The notes below the pieces were generated by a model, which did not search any database, was not told the DNA's origin, and was given only the letters and a program-made list of their open reading frames with translations. A stretch of 64,000 nt of DNA from Octopus bimaculoides (lineage: Eukaryota): contig NC_068996.1 in NCBI RefSeq assembly GCF_001194135.2, positions 25,614,642-25,678,641 of the forward strand, read 5' to 3'. Position 1 is the stretch's first letter; every line of letters begins with the position of its first letter. A program made the translations under genes and the position numbers. Positions 48,936-63,754 of this stretch are shown piece after piece.

Positions 48936-51900
48936 TGCTGGTGCCATGGAAAAGGTACTCATTTCACTCTGTAAAGGGCATTAGCTGTTAACCATACCAA
49001 AATAAACAATAAACCTGGTGCAGTCTTGGCTTGCCAGCTCTTGTCAAAATGTTTGGCCTAAGCCAGCATGGAAAACGGATGTTAATTGATGATGATAATA
49101 ATTCCCTTCAGTAAATATAGTCTTTCCACGACTAAAACAAAAATTTCGTATAAATTAAAAAAATTTTTTATGAAGTTGTGTTCCTGAAGCTTAGTGATTT
49201 AAATAGTCTGCTGCACAGCACCTTGAACCTCAGCTTGACTGATTACTTTGTGAGAGGAAAATGATAGAGTTGCTAGAGAGAAAGTGTGCAGAAGCTTGGT
49301 GAGTGTTTCTCTCGGGTGGTGGTTTGGTAGAATCATTCGAGCACTTGACAAAATGGCTTGTGATATTTTCTTTAGCTCTTTACAGTCTTAGTTCAAATCC
49401 TGAGGTCAGCTTTATCATTTATCCTTCTAGGATTGATTAAATAAAATATCAGATGAATATTGGGATCAGTTTTAATCAGCTGTCAATCTGTGTCAATATG
49501 CACTGAGCTAAAACCCAAATCGCCCATCTAACCATGGGCTCCACTAGTGAAGTGACACTGCTTAGAGTACACTGTTGTCAACACAGTATCATCTGTAACA
49601 TATTACATGCACACACACACTCTCTAAGTGGATCTCATTTTCTCATTTAGGGGGATAGCAGAAAAGCTTTGTGTGCCTGTATTTGTCTTAAAAATTTGGT
49701 GCTGTTTATCTTTGTCTCTTAGTTTGTTGTAGTTCTGATTGTCTAAATACTTAGACATTACTTCAGCATGACTGCTGTAATGTTTAGTTCTATGAATAAT
49801 GTTCTATTATGCTTTCAGAATCATCTTACCACCTTAAATTGAAGTGTCCTATTTATCTCAATGTATTCTATGAAAGCTGGAGAGCCACCAAAGAATTAGG
49901 AATAATTTGATCAGTTTTAAAATAATGAAGAAATTAGACATGTCTAGGCAGCTTACACTAGCCTTCATCTATTAAGAGAGAGGAGGTAATTGGATATGTT
50001 TTGAAAAGAGTTGTCAAACAAACATAAAAAAAAAACCTTTATAGAAATAAAATGAGTGGAAGGGGTGATGCTCTAGCCTAGGAATTTTGATGAACGCATT
50101 AAAAGAATAGCTCAAAATAGGGTAGTGGATGGGTGTCTTGTTTACTCTCGGACTACATTAGAATGATGTGAAAATTAATTTTCATGTGCATCTTTAGGAA
50201 TGTTGATACTTGTTGTTTTAGATCATATGTGCTTGCTTATATACATGTTGATACCAGAATATTATCTCTCTTTTTAGTAACAGTTTAGTCTGGAAGGAGT
50301 AGTTATATTGGTATTTTTCAAAAGCCCAGTAAGATAGATGCACTTCAGCTTGAACATCTGTAAGGCAAAGAAGGATTGGACATAATGATTACTGTTGGGT
50401 CTAGGAAGGGAGACAAAGTATGAGTGGTGAAGAGGAGAGACTATAGAACAAGTTTAGCTAAAATAACCAGTTTGAATTCATATTATCCCTTTCTTTTATG
50501 CATCTGAACTGCTTTTTCAAATATACAATTTTTTTTTATGTTGCCTGTTTTGTCATTTTTATCAGTCTGACTTTGGTATATGATTTACTAACTTTGATTC
50601 TTGAAACTCATGCAATTTGGCAAAAGATATGGTAGAATGCCTTGTTGTAAAAGTTGATAATTAAAAAAAAAAGTCTTTTAGCTACATTTCCAAAAGCTGG
50701 TGCTCATTTTCTATGTTAATAGGGAGATTATAAAAATTTTGTCCTATGGCTTAGTGAAATGTAAGGAGAAAATGAATGCAGAAAGCATGGGCCATCTGCA
50801 TCTCATAACAAGAAAATCATTTTATGCTTTGTTTTAGCTAAAAATTTGATACTCAGGTATTAGTGTTATAAAATATTCCGTATTTTTAAGCTTGTGACTT
50901 TTAAAGCTATTTTATAAACACCTTTATAAATGAAAGGTGTTTTATAAAGTACTTCACTTCATTACAATTTTGAAATTCTTAAAATAGATGTGGACTCAGA
51001 AAACAGAATGGGGAAAAAAGAATTGATTTATTTTAAGTTTTCGACTGCCATAAGCATAAAATTACAGTAAATTATCACACCCATAATTTAGTTTGAAGAA
51101 TTTAACATAGTATATTATGTTCATTCAGGTTCTTTTCTCTTACACTTGTCATCACTAACAGATATAAAGACTAGATGCTCAAATTTGTTAATTTCACATT
51201 TTCCCTCCATGCCTGTATGGGTTAGGTGAATATTTTGTTGAGGCCTTGTTTTATAGCCAGATACTCTACTTGTTGCTAACCTTGCCTGATTTTCAAGTGA
51301 GACTCTTATTTTATATCTTTGAAGGTACAAACCCAGCCGATGGTTTTGTTGACTGGAGAAATGACATTGCCAGTTGTAGTTTGCAAATTTGAGGGAAGCA
51401 CAAATGTAAACACACATAAAAATACATTGTGTATCTGTGTGTGTGTGTGTGTGTTTTGTATGCTGAAAATCTGGATATCAATTAAAGATCTGTAAAAATA
51501 TTTGAAACTTGGGAAAATGGATAGTCTGGAAGTAGAAAAGCCCCCAAACACAAGCAGGAACTAAGTACTGTGTAGTCAATAGTAGATGCAAGAGAGCTCT
51601 CTGGATTTTCTGGCATAGTGATGAGAATAGAAGCTTTTAGATGCATCATATATACTGGATTGTAGATTAAGAACATCTTATGAATCTTACTAATGTTTCA
51701 TTAGGTGTAATAAGTATTGAAGTTAACAGAATAGTGACTTGAATTTAATTATATTAAGAGCATAAGGAACATCTACTTTTTGTTGATAATAAAAGGGTTT
51801 TTTTTCCCCTCTCACTATGAAAGCCAATGCAGAAACCTTTAAGAAGCATTATGCTGTGGTATCAATGGAAGATGGTCAGTGAGAAAAGGGGAACTTGTGA

Positions 51901-54900
51901 TTGGATAAGAATTAGTTGTCTGGTTTGATGGATGAAATGTTATATTTTGAGAAAAACTGTAGGAACTAACTACATATGTATGACTTTTGCAAATTTACCT
52001 GATTCTTTGTTCCTAACTCTTTTGCCTGTTCCACTGTTTACACCCCCCCCCCTCACATTCATCCTCTTGTAACTTGAAGGTATATCCTGACACCTCATCA
52101 CCACCATTTCTTTCCCTTTCTAGTTGGGTTTGCCATGTTTCTCCTCTACAGCAAGATACCTGTTCCTGTCCCTCTATCACACTCTTGCCTCTCAACACCT
52201 AACATAAGCCACTTGTTTCAATACTATCCCTCCTCCCACTCAGTCAAGCAGTTTTGTCTTGCAAGTTACTTGGTGATCTCACCCAGCACACTTTGTAAAG
52301 TGGTTGGTAATTGGTAGGACATCTACTTGTAGAAAGCATGCCAAAACAGACACTGGAGCATGACATACTCTCCTGCTCGGTAGGATCTTGTCAAGCTGTC
52401 CAATCCATGCTAGCATGGAATAAGGATGCTAAATGATGAATGTAAGTGCATACATGTATGTTAGTCCTTTCAATACTTAACTATTCTGCTTTTTATTGCT
52501 TCTCTCATTACACCTTGTTATTACTACTCTCGCTCTTCCATCATGTCTCGCTCTATCTTTACTATTTTCTTCTCCTTTTCACACTTGCCACTTCCCACCA
52601 TTCTCTTGCTTCTTGCTTCCTTCCACCTTAGTTCACTTTCTGCTGTCACCCTTGTTCCTACCCCTTATATCAGTCATGTCCTAATTGAATAAACTAGATA
52701 GTGATGAAAACCATTTTTGTCTTGCTGAATACAAGACAACCTCACTGGTGCTGGTGCCATAAAACATACCTAGTACACCTTGCAAAATGATTAGAGAAGA
52801 AGCAAAGACAACATAGGGTTGAAAGAATCCTTTAGTCCTATCCTGTTGAGGATATGACAACCTTTTTAGTATTGTTGCCTTGATAAAATGCTCTCAGTAC
52901 ACTCCGTAAAAATAGTGTTAAGAAAGACATCCAAATCAGTGAGATGTGGTTGTCGGATACATCAAGGAGAGCAATAAATGCAATTAAGAATGGACTTTGA
53001 CTGATAATTTATTCAGTGCATTACTGGAAGGAAAGTATAAAAAAAAATAATTTGTGTGTGGATGTGCATATGAGATGATGAACTTTGAGCCTTTGCTATT
53101 TCACACATATGCCAGGAGAAACAGAAAGTTACTCTACCCACAACACTAGTAAAGAACACATGTAAGTCTGAGGAGACACAAGACGATTATATAGATGATA
53201 TATGTAGTCCATTGTTGTAATATGGACAGGCAATCAAAATCGATGGGGTATCATGAAAGCTCTTCTGTCATCACTCTCCTATAAATCCCTTTGGTCATAT
53301 TACCTTGCAAATATGGACATATTAACGAACCTTTGCTCTTACAGTGTAAATGGCAGCTCTTGTGCTGGTGCCTTGATAAAAAAAAATGTCCCCATTACAC
53401 TCTAAAGTGGTTGGCAGATGAGTAGAGAAAACAGAGTTAAGAGACCTCTTTAGTATGTCTTGTGGAAGACATAACCACCTCTCTAGTACATTGTGTAAAG
53501 TGGTTGTAGTTAGGAAGGGCATCTAGCTGTTAAAACCAAACCAAAAGTGAAAGAAATAATACATGATTGTCTGACTCCTCTATTATAGCAGTGGCTTCAA
53601 GAAAGAAGTAAGTTGGACTGTGATAACTTGTCTTGCTATGCTGGCATACAATGCAGATGAAAAGTGGTGATGATGATGAAGTGGGTTGTTTTTAACCCCA
53701 AGCAAGTAGGCATAATTGTAGATGTTACTGTAACCGTTCCATATTTTTTTTTTAAGGTGTAGTGCATCTAAAACTATATTATCCAAAGTTTTTCTTAGTA
53801 ATCATTGAGTTGGAGATGTGGCTGCTATTTCTAGTCTGCCAAGTAACCATATAATGGACCCATGGAGGGGAAACTGGGTTTAGGTGAGAATTTCTCATTT
53901 TTGTTACTTCATAAGCATTTTTCCTTTTTTCTCTTGAGATGCAGTATTTAGAATCTTATCTTGCACAGTGCAGTAATTATGATTGCTTAACATAATTAAA
54001 ATTGGTAATACCATTTTTAAAAGGATACTTAGTATGCAAAGATTGTGATAAGACTTTGTTCTTACTCTTTGACAGGCATTCTGATACTTTTGATAACTTA
54101 TATTATGCTACTGTAGTGGCTGGTAGTAGTAGGTATAAACAAGACTCTCATCATTTAATGTCCATGTTCCATACTGGTATGGGTTGGACAGTTCAACTGG
54201 GCTCTGGTGCAAGGACTGCATTATGATCCATTGTCTACTTTGGCATGGTTTCTACAGCTGGATACCTTTCTTAATGCCAACCACTTTATAACATATTCTG
54301 GGTGCTGTTTTCATGTCACCAGCACTAGTGAGGTCGCCATGCAGCCTGCTAAGTGAGGGGCTGAATGCATAAGGGAAGGGGTCAGAGGATCTATATGGTT
54401 ATTCACATTTTAGAAAAGAGGATTGGTTGGGGGGGGGGGGTGATTGGGGTGCAACTGGCAAAAGATATGAATTTTGCATGTTTTGTCTTTTGCGGGTGGG
54501 AAACAGTTTAAATTATCTTATTTTCTTTATTTACACATGAAGTTACCTTTTCATCCATTCAAGCTCAGTTACACATTGTTACTATATTTCTAACTAAAAT
54601 ACATTTCTGGCAGATTCATGACTGTGTGATTAAGAAACTTTGCAATAATGTGGTTTTGGGTTCAATCTTATTGCACAGTACCTTGGGCCAACCATTGCCT
54701 TGTGAGTGAATTTGGTAGATAGAAGCTGTGTGGAAGCTTGTGTGTGTATGCATGTGTGTCTTTGTGTTTGTCTCTCCTCCACCGTTGCTTGACGGTTTGT
54801 ATATGGCCTTGTAACTTAGCAGTTTGACAGAGATTGATAGAATAGGTACCAAACTCTAAAAAAAAAGTACTGAGGGTGATTTGATTAGCTGTCTAATATG

Positions 54901-55734
54901 GTACCCCAGCTAGGTGCAATCTGGTGACTGACTAAACAATAAGTTTCAGTTAAATTGTAAAATATTTGTGAACTTGAACTGGTTACATAAAGCAATTTAA
55001 GTTTTGGCATGATTCTACAGCTAGATACCCTGCTTAACATTAACTGCTTAAGAGTGTCTTGAGTGCTTTTTGTTTTCTTTCTGGCACACTGTAGTTCTTA
55101 TCATTGGAAGGTTTGAAGAGCTCTCCTAAACCCTGTGTTGTCATTGCTGGATTTGATTTATCAACTACTTTACTGTTTTTCTTTTTCATGATGTCACCAT
55201 AAAGTGAAGTTGCTTTGTAATTAATGTTCATTATGAATTACTGAAGTTATCAATGTTTGAAGAAAACTATGAAAAGAAATAAATTCATTCACTTATACAT
55301 ATACACATAGGTGCAATAATGAAGAGATTTAGCAGAATTTGCCACCTATCGTACAAATAAATTAACAGGTGAAGTTAATAAAATAACGGGAAAAAAATGT
55401 AAACAAATTTTAAGATTTAAATTATATATTACAATTAATATTTCATAAAGTTGTTATGCATCCCACTCAGCATAACTTAATCTTAGCATACAAATTGGAT
55501 CCTTTACCCTTCCATCCCATTTATATTCTGATCCCCATTCCTTGTGAGTATGTCCTGGTACTATGCCATTATCTCTTTCCTGCACTCTTCTGTCTTCCAC
55601 TCTCTTTCTTTTGCTCAGCCGTGTATCTCCTTTACAGCAGCACACCTGTTTCTATCCTTATTCCTGATCTTTCTCTCTATTTCTCTCTCTTTCTCTCTCT
55701 TTCTCTTTCTCTCTCTTTCTCTCTCTCTCTCCAG

Positions 55735-56187
55735 CTGACTATGTGTCTCCTCTACAGCAAGACATCAGTTTCTGCTTTTCTTTCTTTGTCACACTTGAAC
55801 CTTTCATTTTTCATCATCTCACACAAGATCATCTCCTCCAGTGCCTCCTCTCTCAAAGGATCTTTATCTCCCATGTTACTTGGTGATCCTGCCAGTATTT
55901 GGTGCCACAGAAAAAGCGTCCAGTCCACACTGTAAAATGGATGACATTTGGAAGGACATCCAGCTGTAAAAACCATGCCAAAACTGACCTTACTTGTGCT
56001 TGTACCATGTAAAAAGCACTCTGTCCATCCTGCTGGGCAGTTGGAGTTATGAAGAGCATCCAGCTGTAAAAACTCTGTCAAAACGCGGAAGTCTGGTGCA
56101 GGCTCCTGCGTAGCCAGCTCCTGTCAAACCATCTGACTGCTGCTAACATGGAAGGCAGACATTAAACGATGATGATGATGATGATGT
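55735..56187 (+). mobile_element. RTE-tail element with internal duplication, (GAT)n tail
   Basis: GCATCCAGCTGTAAAAAC-type module twice (~55956 and ~56056); same architecture as 8715-9085. Confidence 0.7.
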
Positions 56188-56389
56188 TTCAGTCGGTTGT
56201 CTATTGTGGGAACATTCCTTTTCTGATTGGACATTCTCACCTGCATTCAGATCAGCTCAGTTTAGAGGGTTAGAACTTATGGTGGGGTTTTGCCGTTTTC
56301 CCAGCAGATATTTATTTTTTGAATAATCTGTCCTTAGTTGCATTGCTTTTAACCTCACAATTTTAAATGAATTATGTCCACTATATATC

Positions 56390-57030
56390 TAACTAGGTAT
56401 TACTGCCACTTATTACTCAGTCTAACAGCTGTGTAATGATTCATCTTGTTAATCTGATGTTCATCACCTCTGTTGTTGTAAATGAGGTTTACAAATGGTC
56501 TGCCATTTCCATCTGCATGTAGTTGAGCACAAATGGATAAATAATTAATTTTCTCCTTGTTTCTGCATGTGGTTGCTAGTAAATTTCCTTTCTGCAATTT
56601 ATTTAATCTTTGTGTGCAAGTGTTTCTCCATCCAGTGACAGTTTTTTCTATTTGCAGCCAGTTTGATACATCTCTTTTCACAGCTTCTAAGCCTTCAAAT
56701 TTTGATCAGACTGAACTACTGGTCAAAAATATATGGCCTTTGTTATGGTGTGAAGAAATAATTTTCAGATCACACCTCCTTTAGGACATGCTGACTTCTA
56801 TCACTTTGTCTTGCATAAAAAATTAAAAGTACAGATATACCCAGTGTTTGCCTCTATCCTTATAATGCCAGAAATGTTTTTGGCCTTTTATGCCTCACCT
56901 TCCCTTTGTCATTGGCTAATCATTTTCCTTATTTATTGGTGTACTAATGGTTTTCTTTCATCCACATACTGATACAACTTTAAAAATATCATTCTGGTTA
57001 TGATACTTGAAACGTGGGATCGTCAAAGGG
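56390..57030 (-). mobile_element. Truncated piggyBac transposon with transposase relic
   Basis: Minus strand begins TTAA|CCCTTTGACG (57034-57021). Frames give EANTGYICTF, KRDVS and IYNNRGDEHQINKMNHYTAVRLSNKW (cf. YN..MGGVD..DQ...Y...R...KW). Confidence 0.7.
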
Positions 57031-59818
57031 TTAATCTGTAATCCAGGAGTTGAAAATACTGGATAGGTTCCTAATATCTATTATAGTGAGTACAAAAAAA
57101 ACAAAAAACTTTTATCTAGTGTGAGACCATAAACTTTTACCTTTGTTCCAATGGACATTTTCTTTCAGCAGTTATCACCTGGGACATTTCAATATGGAAA
57201 AAAAATGAAGGAATTAATCACTTTGATGTCATCTAGAAGACTGTGGTTGGGTCCAGTTTCTTCCATAAGAAAAAACAAGTTTAGAGAGAAATATCTTTAA
57301 ATTTCAACTTAAGTATTTCTGACTCTTAGTTTATATCCTTATGTGGTCAACTTTCATTCTTGGGATGGGATGACATCTTGATAAAAATAAAGTACCAACC
57401 AAATATTGAGGTTGACTTGATTAACTAACTTCCTAGCATTGTGTCTATGATATGATAAATATTGTTTGCTTTAATTTACTTGGCTATAGATTCATGTCTA
57501 TTTAATTTAATGTTACAAAGTGTCTGGTGGAGAAGGCAGTCCAAAATATATTTTCTGATGATTGAATTATGATTTTGATTCTAAATGCTTTATAAAAATT
57601 CATTTCATAGTGATTTTTAAAAGAAATGGTTTTGAGTTTTAAAAATTGTATGGTATGATAAGAATGTTCTCAGCAGACTTGTCTGTCTTTTAGTTTAAAG
57701 CTTGATAGTTTACTACTTTGGATCAACTTTGTGAACAAGGATAATTTTAGATTATTTTGACATTCCTCTCTGTGTCTGTCTCTTTATTTAATGTTTCATG
57801 ATCCTTTGCCTTCTTTTTATTTGTAAACCACTTCTGCTCTGATGTGTATAACAGACATATTTAAGAACATTGGGACTTGAGAACATATTCACTAGTAACA
57901 AAACAGTTACTACATATGGATTACTACTTAAGATGACTGCCTGCATATGAGATGGATAACCTCTTGCTCTCTTCTCATCCCAACATGCTCCAACCACTAT
58001 CTCACTGATGTACTACTACTTCACTCCCTGAATAGTTTCTCTTTCTATATCAATGTCTGTCTTTTAGACTCTGTACTAAGCACTTATCCAATTCACTCTC
58101 TTCAGATACGCAATTCTGAACATCATCTTTGTTCATAATAGTCTCTTAAGAAATTAATCTGTAGAAGTTTAAGTAGAACATCAATATTGACTTCATAGTT
58201 TTGCAAAGGCTGTAGATGATATATCCCTTTTATCAAGTTCATTACATAGTATTTTTATTGTAATTTTCTTGATTTACATTTGCTAAATTTCCTCATTTTA
58301 TATCTTTTCTTTAATACATCTAAATTTTTTTTTAATCTCTAAATTTCCAGCTTTTTTAGTTTGGTGTAACTTTTTTCCCATCGTGGGGATTTGGTTTTTG
58401 TCATCTTTTGATGGTTACATTTTAGAACTTTATATTTGTATCTTTTCAGATTTTTTTTTTTTTAAAAATCAAAACATGCTGTACTTATAGCCTTTTAGTG
58501 AATTTGCTTCCTGGTTATAAAAAATTTTTTTTTTTTTTAATGTTATTGTCATATTTCTGTACTAATTAAGAAAAGTTGTCTTTCTGGTAGACATGTTTTG
58601 AATGTTTTTGTGGGTATTTTATAATAATTGTATATTTACATCACTCTTTGTTCTCTTTCAAAGCATTACAATCATATTCCTTCTACTTTAAAATTTTGGG
58701 TGGTTTATTCTTGTAATGATTTTTTTTTTCTATCTGAAACAATTGTAAGTTTTATATTGAGGACAAAGGCAGTGTGGGGCATGGGGCAGTAGATACATTT
58801 TTTTAATTATCTTAATTTTCAAAAATATTTTCAGGTTTTAGTGTGTGAATCATCTGGTAATATTAGTGCTTGAAACATTGTTTTGACATTGTCATATTTT
58901 TGTTTTCCGTGATCAACCTGTCAGAAGCTATTTTTCTACTGTATTTAATTTTGTTGAATCATAAGCAATGAGGCTGGGTTTGAGAGTGTTATAAAAAGAA
59001 AAGGAGCAATAGTTAAAAATGTTTGAGAAACTCTTATTAAATTATCAGTTAATCGTAGGAACAATTAGTGTATGTCTATACTAATTTTGTTTCCTATCAT
59101 AAATTCAGTTTCTAGTGTTAATCTCGTATTTATCTTTCCTCACTTGAACCCAACATTGTGTTGGGACTTGTCCTTTGACGTTTCAGTTTTATTTTTCTTA
59201 TAAAATCTGTTTATTGGGAAGTAAATATGTTGGAGTTTTTCAAAGTAATACTCATTAGACATTTAAAACTAAGTTATTGATGTTTGCTTTATCTCTAAGC
59301 AGTATATTTCTATGGCTATGTCAACAATAAATCTTCATATACATAACATTCATTATATCTCTTGATCAATTCTGTTTGTTTCCATGACAAGAAATTGGTA
59401 TTCAGTCCAGTTGAAAATCTCAAATTGGTGGGAATTACTCTGTTATTATCAGCTGCTTAGTAAAAAGAAAGAAATAACTAGCTAAACTGATAATATTTGC
59501 AAAACTCGAGTTGTTTATCAGTTAGTTTTAACATTAATGTTTATCTGATTTCACAATGATATTAACTGCATGTAAATTTGACATTTGTCTTGAGATAGAA
59601 AAATATTTTTCATATTCAAATTTTTTCAGCAAAAAATGTTTGCTCAATGAGTTGGATTAAAACTTGGAAGGTTTAGAGTTAACATATGAGAATATTGTAA
59701 GATTTTTAGCTATATACTACTCAATAGTTCATGAGTTCTGATGTTGCCATAACTTTTGTGACCTAATCTGCCAATCTGAAAAATGAGTACCAATACAGAG
59801 CATTGGAAAACCAAAACC

Positions 59819-59849
<31 letters not shown>

Positions 59850-61714
59850 AGTAATGATTGGTATAAAAGAAGTAAAGAAGTAAAAATAATCTAAAATGAG
59901 GTTGTTAAAGTTTTTTTGGTTTTTGAAAAGATAGCTTAATTTTTATCATTTTCATGCACATAAAAAAAGGTAACCTATAAAGTGCCTCATGAAAGTGTAT
60001 TTCATTCTTCATATAGAGATTATGTATCAAGTATAATCTATATATAGCTCTTTAACGAAAAGTTTTTTAAATTACTGGGGAATGCAACTTGGTTAATTAG
60101 ATGTAATCACACCTTAGAGTAGTGAGTTAGACATCTGTATAACCTAGTGAAGATAAATCTTGGATTTAATAGATCAGTACAATTTGCTGAAGTTTCTCCT
60201 ACATTTTGATAATCCACCGATAAAGTTGTAAAAAAACACTTGGGTTAATTATAGTCTAGCTGAATATATATAACAAGTTCTTCATACATTATTTGAAATT
60301 ATTTTGGGAAGATACATTTTTGAGTATTTAGTTGTGGAATTAAGCCTTCTATTAATTTTTAAACTGATACAGCATTTAAATATGCAAACAAATTAGAAAT
60401 AAGATTCATTTTTTTTTTGTAGTTTTGACAGTTGTGCTCATTTTTTAATACTGAATTATTACAATACTAATTGTTCTTATAATTCTTGGATTCAATTAAT
60501 TGATGATTTAACTGAAATCTTTTTAATTAAGTTCATATTATAAAACTTGTTGCTGAAGTTGGGGTTAACCTTGAGAATGATTGAGGAGTGTGACAGTCTT
60601 CTCCATCTTTACCTATCCTCTACATACGCCCTTATCAATGCACTTGTTCTCATTTCCTTTTACCTTTAGTCTTGATCTTCCACTTTTACTTCCTATTACA
60701 TTCATTTACATTGCTTTCACCTTCCTCAGCACATGACCTAGCCATGTCATCCCATTTAATTTCAAATCTATCACTGACTCTATTCCCATCATTCTTTGTA
60801 ATTGATTGTTTGGCTTCTCTCAGCAATACTTTTATTCGCCGAACCATTTTCATTTCTATTCTTTCCAGCCATTACAAGTTCATTCCCCATATCTCATGCC
60901 CATAAATCACAGTACCTCTCACACATGGAACATACCCATTTCACTTTAGTTTCAGTGACACGCTCCTCATTTACATGCTATTTAATTCCTGCAACTTCTG
61001 TGTGCCTCTCATGCTGTCTAACATTAAATTAATTTCAATCCATCTTCTCCATTCAGCATACCTCCCTTGTAAATGTTTTCATACCTATCTTCATATCATT
61101 TCCACAATCCAGCTCAAAATTCCCTCCATCTGTAGCTTCCTACATACATGTAACGTTTAATTGTAGCTATCACATCAATAGATAACCCTCTCACATTTTT
61201 ACATTTTCAATGAACTTACCACTATATATTGTCTGTTTAATGGAATTTATTCCAACACCTTTCTTGTATACTGCATTTAGTGATTTATAATTAAATTAGG
61301 TTATATTATTGTATAATGTGAGTTAATCAGGACTTTTGTCATTTTATTAGACTAATACTAGTATTAGCTTTGGTGACAGTAGATAAGTGATTAGTGACAA
61401 AAGACACCCAAAGTCACAAAGTAAAACCTTTACTACTGATAACTTGAGAGAAGGCCTAATGCTAGTGATAACTATATAGTTGAATGATTAGTATTAAATT
61501 TTGACATTGTCATAGGTGCATGTGTGTGTTTGATGGGATATACAAACATAAAGAAATTGAATTCATTATGTACAATATTTATATTGTTTCACAGTTGAAA
61601 AGCTACATCAGTGACTCAAGGACTTAGTTTCATGCTAGAGTATTTAAGTACTCTGGCACAAAACCCTTGGCTTTTTGGTCATTGCTGTAGTTTCTCATTT
61701 ATAAATAATATCAT

Positions 61715-61881
61715 ATGCATGGCTGTGTGGTTAAGAGATTTACTTCCCAATCACATGGTTTAAGTTCAGTCCTACTGCATGGTCCTGTGAGCAAGTGTCT
61801 TCTGCTATAGCCTCAGGCCAACCAAAGCCTTGTGAGTGGATTTGTTAGATGGAAACTGGAAGAATCCCGTCATGTATATGT

Positions 61882-61916
<35 letters not shown>

Positions 61917-62430
61917 TGTGTGTCTCCTTGTCCTGATATTATGGGATGGTTGTAAGCAACTGTCATTGTTGTACAGCCTTCTGTGAAAACATCTGGCAAG
62001 TCGGGAAAAGTGGACATTTATCAGATGATGATAATGACTACAATGATGATGGAACATCTCTCTTCCATACTGGCATGTGTTGGACTGTTTGACAGAATTT
62101 GATAGGTCCAAGGACGGCATTGTACTCTAGTGTCAGCTTTGCTATGGTTTTTATGGTTTGATGCCCTTCCTAATGCCAACTACTTAGAGTATAGTGAGTG
62201 CTTTTTTTGTGGCACCAATACTAGTGAGGTTGTCATGCACCTCAAGACTAAGATTCTCTTTGACTGAGTGCAGCAGAGAAGGAGGTGACTATGTGCTGGG
62301 AGATAAGAGTCTAAGGAAGGGGCAGGAAAAAGTTTCTTACTGCAGAGGAGCTCCTTCACATTATAGAAAGGAGGGTGAGAGTAACTGAGATTGAACTAGA
62401 AAAGTAAAATACTGGTGACGAGGTGTCAGG
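61715..62430. mobile_element. tRNA-head SINE (+) abutting an RTE-tail element (-)
   Basis: GGCTGTGTGGTTAAG...AAGTTCAGTCCTACTGC head with internal (CA)n; reverse RTE tail GATGCCCTTCCTAATGCCAAC at ~62160. Confidence 0.65.
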
Positions 62431-62936
62431 GTGAACCTTCAATGTTGAATGTGAATATGTTTTATTAGGAATAGTATAATCATGTAAGAGAAAACTGCCA
62501 TAGGCATGCAGAAATTTAGATGTTTTTGAACGTGATTTGTGATAAAACAGGCTGAGTTTATTGCTTCCACTTATTCATAGATTGTGTATTCCTTAATATT
62601 CTAACAAACATTGAAGATAGTAGTCTATGCAGAAGTACTTTTAAAACATTCAGTCAGTTTTGTATGGCCCAGAAGAAAATCTGATTTTCCATATTGAAAA
62701 TGTGCACTGCTCAGCTATTTTGAATTTGTTACCTGTCCAACTTTCAAAAATAGCTGAAATCAACAGTTAGAATCATTGGAACTCAGCAATCTTTTTTTAA
62801 GACAAAATTTATTTTAATCTAAAACGTCCAGGCTTAGATTCTTCTGTACAAGAGTAGCACATGAAGAACATGGCTGAGAAAAGTTAGTAGCAATGATATG
62901 CTATTGGAACAGTGGTCTACTTGACAATACAATATA

Positions 62937-63754
62937 CGAGGTAGTATCAAAAGTTTCCTGAACTAGTTATGTTTAATAAAAAATTATTTACCTATGTTTT
63001 AACATCATCATCTTGAAAATAGTCACATTGCACAGCAATACACTGGTCCCAGTATTCCTGCCACTTTTGGAATTTGGCCTGGGAGTTGTTTTCTGTGAAT
63101 GAGTTGAGGACCTTCTGCAATTTGCTCTTGATCTTGATAACAATGAACTTTCAGCTGTATTTTCATCTTAGGGAAGAGATAGAAGTCTGCAGGTGCTAAA
63201 TCTGGCAAATAGTACCATGTTTTTGGTGAGAAACTCATGAGTGAGGAGAGTTTGGTGACAGTAGTGTTGTGAAGAATCCAATTCTCTGTACTCCACACAT
63301 CTGGTTGCTTTCACTGAATGTCCTTCCTCAAATGCTTCAAAATGTCTCAGAATTCTTAGTGCATAATACCACATTTCCAGGGGTAATGCTCGTGGCAGGT
63401 CTTCCAGAGACATTCTTTCACTTTTGAAGCGCTCGCACCACTTAAAACATTGTGTATGACCCATTGCCTCATTGCTGTAAGCTTACTGAACATGCTCAAT
63501 GTCTCTAGCAGACTTCCCAAGTTTAACGCCAAATTTCATGTTGGCTCTTTGTTCCTGTCTATGACAAAATCGCAGACTACAGCATACAAGTGACTACAAA
63601 AACACAAATTTCTTAACTTGCAAAGTAAACACAGTGCTGTCACTCAGCACACTGCTTCATGAAGGTCACTGCTAGCTCTCACTGCACACGCAACCATATG
63701 CTGCAATCTGTTGGTGTGTTACAGAACTAGTCAGAACTTTTTGATACCACCTCG
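62937..63754 (-). mobile_element. Internally deleted mariner (Tc1/mariner) element, 818 bp
   Basis: TA|CGAGGTAGTATCAAAAGTT...AACTTTTTGATACCACCTCG|TA TIRs. Transposase relics QCFKWCERFKSERMSLEDLPR and YLPDLAPADFYLFPKMK. Confidence 0.9.

Noticed and set aside
59819-59847. Long poly(A) as a processed-pseudogene tail
   Set aside because: No upstream coding sequence or TSD; only a trace of SINE core lies just before it.
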